In this document: piece by piece, positions 31,845 to 37,192 of the stretch | Position numbering within the stretch: position 1 is the stretch's first letter | Layout of the letters: each line of letters begins with the position of its first letter | NCBI GenBank assembly: GCA_001767605.1 | Contig: MELM01000012.1 | Span: 1 to 37,192 of the forward strand | DNA length: 37,192 bases | From: Candidatus Solincola sediminis | GTDB lineage: Bacteria > Actinomycetota > Geothermincolia > Geothermincolales > RBG-13-55-18 | Direction of reading: 5' to 3' | The notes under the pieces: generated by a model | What the model was told of the DNA's origin: nothing | The model's database searches: none | What the model saw: only the letters and a program-made list of their open reading frames with translations | Program-made: the position numbers and the translations under genes

Positions 31845-34472
31845 CTACTCCTGCTTTTTCTGCCGGATGAGCTCGGCGGCCAGTGCGAGCTCTTCCTCGC
31901 GATTACTTATCTTTCCATCCAACAGCTCTTTGCGGACCTGGTTCAGAATCTCACCATAGGCCGGAGACGGGGCTAATCCCATTTCGGCCAGGTCCTCCCC
32001 TTTTATATCTATTGATATATTCTTCCAACGCTTGAGGTAAGTTTCCACCATTCCCCTGATTTCCGGACCCCCTAAGATATAGAGATATGCTAAGGCTTCG
32101 TTATTTAAGGGGTCAAGCAGGCCTGTTATCCTGCTTGCCGCCGCATCCCCTTGAAGCAGAGATTCGATAATGGCAGGCACTACATCATGGCACTGCTTTA
32201 TAGTATTCGCATCCTCCCGCTTGAACCGCATCTGGTTGCACCACTTCTCCACTTCGTGCAGGGGTAATTCGCTCAAGAGTACGGCAATACCCGGCAGCCA
32301 GAACTTGGCCTCCGCCCCGATAAATTCCCAGGCTTCGCCCATATATCGCTCGAGCAGGCGAAATCGGCCTCGCATAGCCGAAGTCATGATCAAATCGGGG
32401 TGCAAGATATGCAATGTGCCCAGTTCCTCCAGCCTCTCGACGGCATGGAAAGGCAGCGGTGGAGGCTCCGAGAATATATCTATGAGTTCATCCCTGACGC
32501 GAGCGTTGGTAAGTTTTCCCACAATCTCCATCTCGACCGCCCGCCGGGCCAGCATTTCCGTCTGACTTTCCATGCGGAAGCCATAGCGCTCCTCAAAGCG
32601 AACCGCCCGGAAAATACGAGTCGGGTCCTCTACGAAACTGAGGTTGTGCAAGATTCTAACATGACGTCTCTCGAGATCCCGCACGCCACCGAAATAATCG
32701 AGAAGTCCACCGAATCGATCGCCGCTCAGCGCAATAGCCATGGCATTTATAGTGAAATCACGGCGGTAGAGGTCCTGCCTGATCGAGGACATCTCTATGG
32801 TCGGAAGCGCGGCGGGATATTCGTAGAATTCCGTCCTTGCCGTCGCCACGTCTATCCTCCGTCCGGTCGGGAGTATGACCACCGCCGTTCCGAACTTACG
32901 GTGGCTGCGGACTCGCGCTTTCAGTTCCGCGGCAAGTATTCGGGCGAATTCGATTCCCTCGCCTTCGACGACTATGTCGAGATCGAGGTTGGAGAAACCG
33001 AGGAGCAGATCGCGCACTACCCCCCCCACCAGGAAAACATTATAGCCATGGGAGGCGGCGGCGCTGGAGACCGTTTTAAGCATGGATTGGACGTCGCCCG
33101 GAAGGCCTGCCTGCATCCTCTCGAGTATCTCCGCTCGCGAATACCCCTGTGTGCCGCCTTCCGGTGAGAAACCATGTAAATACTCTTGCCCGTGCAAAGC
33201 GCGTATGATGTCCTTTCGCGTCACTATGCCGAGAAGCTTCCTGTCACTTAGCACCGGGATACGTCCGATTGCGTTATGTATCATTAAATCCTGTATCTCC
33301 TGCAGCGACGCTTCGGGTTCCACGTGTACGATATCGCGGGACATAAAGCCTTTAACCGGAGCATGACCAAGGCCGTGGTGCCCCGCCTTATCGAGATCCT
33401 TTCGGGATATCATACCGACGAGGCGGCTTGAGTCATCAATTACCGGGAATGCCGTGTGTCCCGTGAGTTCCATTCGCTTGGATGCCTCTGTTATAGGGGT
33501 GTCCTCGTGCATGGTTCTAACCGGCCCGCTCATTATCTCGCCGGCCGTGACCATCGGTCCTACTTTCTGTTCCAGGAGGCGGAGGAGCGCCTGTTTAGCG
33601 CTCTCCAATGTATGGTCCCTCATTGTGGCCGACCCGGCTTTTGCATGGCCTCCGCCATTCAGCCCGGAAAGGATGTCATCCACATCCACTTGCTGCAATC
33701 TCGAAATGCCGACTACTACGACCCGGCGCCGCATCTCAACCAGAGCGAAGAGGACCCCCAGGTTCTCCAGCTCAACCAGCTTGCTTGTGATGAGTGATGC
33801 GCCCTTGACATATTCTTCCGTCCTGGCGGTCGCTATGTTTATGAGTACTCCGCGGATTCGCCGCTGCTCCATTCCCGCCAGCAATCTGGTCATCAGCTCG
33901 TGCTGGGGTGGAGTCAACTGCTGCACCAGGAAATGATTCACCACAGTCAAATCAGCGCCCTCTCGCATCAGATAGGCGACGGCATCCGCATCCTCGTAGG
34001 TGGTGCCCGGAAAGTTCAAGGACCCGGTATCCTCGTAGATTCCGAGAATGAAGAGAGTGGCTTCAAAAGGGCTTATCGGGATGCCTTTACCGTGAATCAG
34101 CTTTACAAGAATAGTCGTTGTCGCCCCGGTCATCTCGCTGTAGTCACTGGCATTCGCCATGTCGTGTTCCGATCCGGGATGATGATCGTACACGAAGACT
34201 TCTACGTCGCTCCTTCGAGCTACCTCTGCGAATTCGCCGATCCTATCCGCGATACGGTTATCGACCACGATCAATCTGGTGATCGATTCCTTGTCGATGG
34301 CGCGAGATTCCATGACCTCCAAGACGTCGCCGTGAAGTGTAATGAATTCGTGAACGTTTCGATTCACCGAGCCGGTGAATACCATCACTGCTTCCGGATA
34401 TAGTTTCTTAGCCGCCACCATGGATGCCAGCGCATCGAAATCCACATTGACGTGGCCCACGATAACATCCAA
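31845..34472 (-). CDS. DHH/DHHA1 + tandem CBS + poly(A) polymerase/CCA-adding-type nucleotidyltransferase fusion protein
   Basis: ORF-track 875 aa. DHH (VFVYDHHP), DHHA1 (GGGHAKAG), two CBS units, then GGVVRDLLLG...DLDIVVEG and RRDFTINAMA of the tRNA nucleotidyltransferase head domain. TTG start. Confidence 0.85.
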   Translation of the reverse strand: MDVIVGHVNVDFDALASMVAAKKLYPEAVMVFTGSVNRNVHEFITLHGDVLEVMESRAIDKESITRLIVVDNRIADRIGEFAEVARRSDVEVFVYDHHPGSEHDMANASDYSEMTGATTTILVKLIHGKGIPISPFEATLFILGIYEDTGSLNFPGTTYEDADAVAYLMREGADLTVVNHFLVQQLTPPQHELMTRLLAGMEQRRIRGVLINIATARTEEYVKGASLITSKLVELENLGVLFALVEMRRRVVVVGISRLQQVDVDDILSGLNGGGHAKAGSATMRDHTLESAKQALLRLLEQKVGPMVTAGEIMSGPVRTMHEDTPITEASKRMELTGHTAFPVIDDSSRLVGMISRKDLDKAGHHGLGHAPVKGFMSRDIVHVEPEASLQEIQDLMIHNAIGRIPVLSDRKLLGIVTRKDIIRALHGQEYLHGFSPEGGTQGYSRAEILERMQAGLPGDVQSMLKTVSSAAASHGYNVFLVGGVVRDLLLGFSNLDLDIVVEGEGIEFARILAAELKARVRSHRKFGTAVVILPTGRRIDVATARTEFYEYPAALPTIEMSSIRQDLYRRDFTINAMAIALSGDRFGGLLDYFGGVRDLERRHVRILHNLSFVEDPTRIFRAVRFEERYGFRMESQTEMLARRAVEMEIVGKLTNARVRDELIDIFSEPPPLPFHAVERLEELGTLHILHPDLIMTSAMRGRFRLLERYMGEAWEFIGAEAKFWLPGIAVLLSELPLHEVEKWCNQMRFKREDANTIKQCHDVVPAIIESLLQGDAAASRITGLLDPLNNEALAYLYILGGPEIRGMVETYLKRWKNISIDIKGEDLAEMGLAPSPAYGEILNQVRKELLDGKISNREEELALAAELIRQKKQE

Positions 34473-34547
34473 GTGTTCACCCTTCCCACCAAGGAACCCA
34501 AGCGTTTAACAATAAAGATACTATTCCCGAACCACCACACATGGCTA

Positions 34548-34580
34548 CCTACACAAAGGTGTCAGGCACCTTTGTGTAGG
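34548..34580. repeat. intergenic palindromic element, copy 3 (CCTACACAAAGGTG-TCAGG-CACCTTTGTGTAGG)
   Basis: Exact reverse complement of copy 2. It starts 1 nt after the deoB stop codon (34582-34584). Confidence 0.95.
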
Positions 34581-34581
34581 T

Positions 34582-35760
34582 TTAGAGGAGGGGGGCGAAG
34601 CTTGTGCCGTCCAGGCTGGAGCCGTCGATAGTGAGTAAGTCTGCGATGGTCCTGCCACAATCGGAATAGGAATCGCGCGTGCCCAAATTTACGGGCCTGG
34701 TAACCATATCACCAAAAACGAGGAGGATGGCGTATTCCCGAGTGTGGTCGGTACCTGGGAAAGCCGGATCGCAGCCGTGATCGGATACGATTATACAGAT
34801 GTCATCCTGGTGCATGGCCTCCTGCAGGCGAGGTATGAAGGCATCGAACTCCTGCAGCCCTTCAGCAAAACCATTGATATCGCGCCGGTGTCCCCACAGC
34901 ATGTCAAAATCTATCATGTTGGCCATGATTATTCCCGGCTCCCGATCGCGCACCTCTTCGAGGACGACTTCCATTGTTTCTTCGTTGCCCGTTGTATGCG
35001 GGCTACTCTCAAAACCCCGACCGGCGTAAATATCCCCCACCTTGCCAATGCCCCGTACCCGAAGGCCCGCATCTTTCGCAAGATCGAGCACGGCAGGTCG
35101 CGGCGGAGGCAGCGAAAGATCGAGTCGCTCAGCTCCCACCCTCGTGAAAGATCCGGGCCGGCCGGTGAAGGGTCGGGCTATCACCCGGCTCACACCGTTT
35201 TCGCCGTGGAGGATATCCCGAGCGACCGCCGATATTTGGTACAGTTCCTCTAGTGGTATGACATCTTTATGGGCCGCCAATTGAAATACACTATCAGCGG
35301 AAGTGTAGAGGATGATTCTTCCGGTCTCCAGATGTTCGCGCCCCAGTTCTTCGATGATCTCCGTACCGGAAGCATGTTTATTACCAATCACCTTGCGTCC
35401 GATCCGCTCCTCGAATTCCCGAATGATTTCGGCAGGGAAACCGATCGGGTAGACCGGAAAGGGATGATCTATGATGATACCTGCCAGTTCCCAATGTCCG
35501 GTGGTCGAATCCTTGCCCGGTGAAACTTCGGTCATGATACCGCAAGCTCCACCCGCATGCGCTCCCGGCAAGAGGCCTTCCAAGGTTGGCAATTCGCCAA
35601 GCCCGAGTTACACCAGGTTGTGGAGATCAAGGCCGGGCGTCGATTCGATAACATGGGCGAATGTGTTCGCTCCGTCATCACCATATTCTCCGGCATCAGG
35701 CAACGCTCCGGCACCGGCTCCATCGAGGACTATCCAAATGATTCGGGTTTTAAAAGGCAT
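34582..35760 (-). pseudogene. deoB: phosphopentomutase gene interrupted by an in-frame TAA at codon 51
   Basis: ATG 35758-35760 gives [50 protein letters not shown], then TAA (35608-35610). The same frame continues LGLGELPTLEGLLP...GKDSTTGHWELAG... to the stop at 34582, 393 codons in all, which is normal DeoB length. The ORF track only shows the part after TTG 35592. Confidence 0.8.
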
Positions 35761-35827
35761 ATGAATATCTTAATGTCTGTTGATGTTGAGGTACGACCCC
35801 AATATTAACAACCCCAATAATTAACTC

Positions 35828-36805
35828 TTAGGTTACGGTTTGATTGACTTCCAGTCCCAGGTCGGAGAGGGCTTCCGCCATCGCCCTTATATAGGTTCTG
35901 CCCTCTTCGGTGGTCACTATACCCTCGCCATCCCTGGAAACTGTTACCAGGTGATCGACCGCCCGCCTCAGTTCCTCGGCTTCGCCGAAACGCTCGTACA
36001 AGAGGTCCACCCGGCTCAACAGCTCCCCTCCCGCCAAACCTGCGAGAGAAAGAGCTTCCTCTAAGACCTGCAGGGCTTCAAATGCGGCGGCCGGCGTATT
36101 CTTGCCTTCGTCGAGTTGCTTCACCGTCTCCCACAACAAACCGAACCTGATCCTTACCTCCGGATTCCTCGCATTGAGAAGATGCAGGTCGATAAGGTCC
36201 AGGGCGAAACGTGTCGCAAGGGTCGCCAGCCGATCGGCGATCTCTACTTCCTTTTCGTCGAAATCGAGGCCGTATACGTTTTCAGCCTCGATAAAATCGG
36301 TCTGGCACCCGCGTAGCTCCTGAAGGTCTGCCTCTAACTTGGGAATCAGCTCCAGCGGCTCCTGGCCCCATACTGCCGCCCCCCAACTTGTAAGCAATCT
36401 ACGTGCGGCGTTTATCATTTCCAGGCTTATAACCTCATCCAATTCGTCCCGCGACAGAACCAGATCTTCCAGCTCTTCGATGGGATAGAGAATCTTTCTG
36501 ATTTCGTTACCACGTATCAGGAAGGGACTAAGGGGCGATTCGAGGGATGTCATATCTTTTATGGCTGCGTTTTCCAGGTTCCCTACCACTCGTACCAGCG
36601 ACTGCATCGCCTTCTCCAGGGCCTCTCCGATTGACCCCCCATGCAGCAGTTCCCCGATTGAGCTCCATTCGTCTGCCCAAACCGCCTCGCCACCCTGCTC
36701 CATGGCCTGCAGACACTCCCTCACCCTTTCGACGACCGCTGGCGATGCTCCCTGTTCCTTTAGCAAATCGTCCAGCCAGCCCCCGCCAAAGAAGAAGTCC
36801 TCCAT
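35828..36805 (-). CDS. acidic, predicted all-helical hypothetical protein (325 aa)
   Basis: ORF-track 329 aa. I prefer ATG 36803-36805 (AAGGTGGAG 6 nt upstream) over GTG 36817. No motif that I recognise. Confidence 0.7.
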   Translation of the reverse strand: MEDFFFGGGWLDDLLKEQGASPAVVERVRECLQAMEQGGEAVWADEWSSIGELLHGGSIGEALEKAMQSLVRVVGNLENAAIKDMTSLESPLSPFLIRGNEIRKILYPIEELEDLVLSRDELDEVISLEMINAARRLLTSWGAAVWGQEPLELIPKLEADLQELRGCQTDFIEAENVYGLDFDEKEVEIADRLATLATRFALDLIDLHLLNARNPEVRIRFGLLWETVKQLDEGKNTPAAAFEALQVLEEALSLAGLAGGELLSRVDLLYERFGEAEELRRAVDHLVTVSRDGEGIVTTEEGRTYIRAMAEALSDLGLEVNQTVT

Positions 36806-36907
36806 GCCTAACTCCACCTTTCCTATCCCCGCCTCAAACTTATTCTATCATTCTCTGAGTCCGCTCCATTGGCCTTCCTCAAGATGGACTTATTATTAGG
36901 CGACTAT

Positions 36908-36940
36908 CCTACACAAAGGTGCCAGACACCTTTGTGTAGG
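36908..36940. repeat. intergenic palindromic element, copy 4 (CCTACACAAAGGTG-CCAGA-CACCTTTGTGTAGG)
   Basis: Arms are identical to copies 2 and 3, and the loop differs from copy 2 by one base. It lies in the divergent intergenic region 36806-37024. Confidence 0.95.
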
Positions 36941-36957
36941 TGGACCCTACTGCCTGA

Positions 36958-36986
36958 TATACCACAACAGCGATGCGTGTGGTATA
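36958..36986. promoter_or_regulatory. 9-bp perfect inverted repeat TATACCACA-11 nt-TGTGGTATA overlapping a TATAAG -10-like hexamer
   Basis: Arms at 36958-36966 and 36978-36986, with TATAAG at 36983-36988. It is about 40 nt upstream of ATG 37025. Confidence 0.35.
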
Positions 36987-37024
36987 AGATTTAGAAGGCT
37001 TTGCTCGGAATCAAAGGAAGGCGC

Positions 37025-37192
37025 ATGGTAGAAAAAACGTTTAAATGGCTGGCTTCTATTAGCGAAAAGAGGCCCTGGTGGGTAATAATTGTTGTCCTTC
37101 TCATGACGGCGGTCGCCGTGGTCGGTTTCGGCTTTATAAGGCAGGAGTACGGCTACAAGAGCATGTTGCCCAAGAACATGGAATCGGTAAAG
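37025..37192 (+). CDS. membrane protein, N-terminal 56 codons (resembles the start of MMPL/RND-type exporters); runs off the right edge
   Basis: ATG 37025 is preceded by AAGGAAGG 4 nt upstream. Translation: MVEKTFKWLASISEKRPWWVIIVVLLMTAVAVVGFGFIRQEYGYKSMLPKNMESVK. This has a short cytoplasmic head, one TM segment, then the start of a periplasmic loop. Confidence 0.55.
   Translation, partial: MVEKTFKWLASISEKRPWWVIIVVLLMTAVAVVGFGFIRQEYGYKSMLPKNMESVK

Noticed and set aside
35608-35610. The in-frame stop in deoB as programmed recoding (selenocysteine or pyrrolysine)
   Set aside because: The codon is TAA, not TGA or TAG. The replaced position is a Lys/Arg-type residue in homologs, and no SECIS-like structure is apparent. 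A nonsense mutation or sequencing error is more parsimonious.
4771-36940. Possibility that the repeated 33-bp palindromes form a CRISPR array
   Set aside because: The copies are 2-23 kb apart and separated by ordinary genes rather than 25-50 bp spacers. They occur in both orientations, and no cas genes are present.

Overview
This 37,192 bp window comes from a moderately GC-rich bacterial genome with strong GGAGG-type ribosome-binding sites and frequent TTG/GTG starts. I cannot assign a taxon from the sequence alone. I can support 38 protein-coding genes (two cut by the window edges) and 3 gene remnants or pseudogenes. I saw no rRNA, tRNA, CRISPR array, transposase or integrase, and no recognisable defence system, toxin-antitoxin pair or mobile element.

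Layout:
- 0-4.8 kb: two lipoproteins, a free-standing HEAT-repeat protein, and a tandem pair of equal-length uncharacterised paralogs.
- 4.8-8.8 kb: a tight minus-strand operon (extended SDR, ThDP-dependent enzyme, Zn-dependent MDR dehydrogenase), divergent from a DrrAB-like ABC-2 exporter at 8.9-10.7 kb.
- 11.0-12.2 kb: queG.
- 12.2-19.3 kb: an accessory-looking run of small genes (lipoprotein, SRPBCC, SnoaL-like, 2TM, zinc-ribbon, excisionase-type HTH, alpha/beta hydrolase, CDGSH Fe-S protein, methyltransferase, RRM RNA-binding protein) that also contains two abutting gene fragments.
- 19.3-23.4 kb: a 4Fe-4S protein and a 943-aa repeat-rich secreted protein.
- 23.5-36.8 kb: a co-directional minus-strand housekeeping block. 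In transcription order it is a hypothetical protein, deoB, a DHH/CBS/CCA-type nucleotidyltransferase, an M50 protease, an HD protein, trpS, scpA, scpB, rluB, aroH, a DAHP synthase, tyrA and aroA.
- Right edge: start of an MMPL/RND-like membrane protein.

Most notable observations:
1. A family of 33-bp perfect palindromes (CCTACACAAAGGTG-N5-CACCTTTGTGTAGG) occurs four times, always between genes and in both orientations.
2. Two gaplessly alignable 356-aa paralogs carry conserved split CxxC pairs and halves that look V4R-like.
3. deoB is otherwise intact but carries an in-frame TAA at codon 51.
4. A thiolase C-terminal remnant and a second 3-prime gene fragment meet at what looks like a rearrangement scar.
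5. An intrinsic terminator sits between a candidate promoter and the RBS of the RRM-protein gene.
6. queG has a probable leaderless promoter.

The novelty candidates are therefore the palindrome family and a few uncharacterised gene modules. All functional calls are motif recognition by eye and need profile or structure searches.
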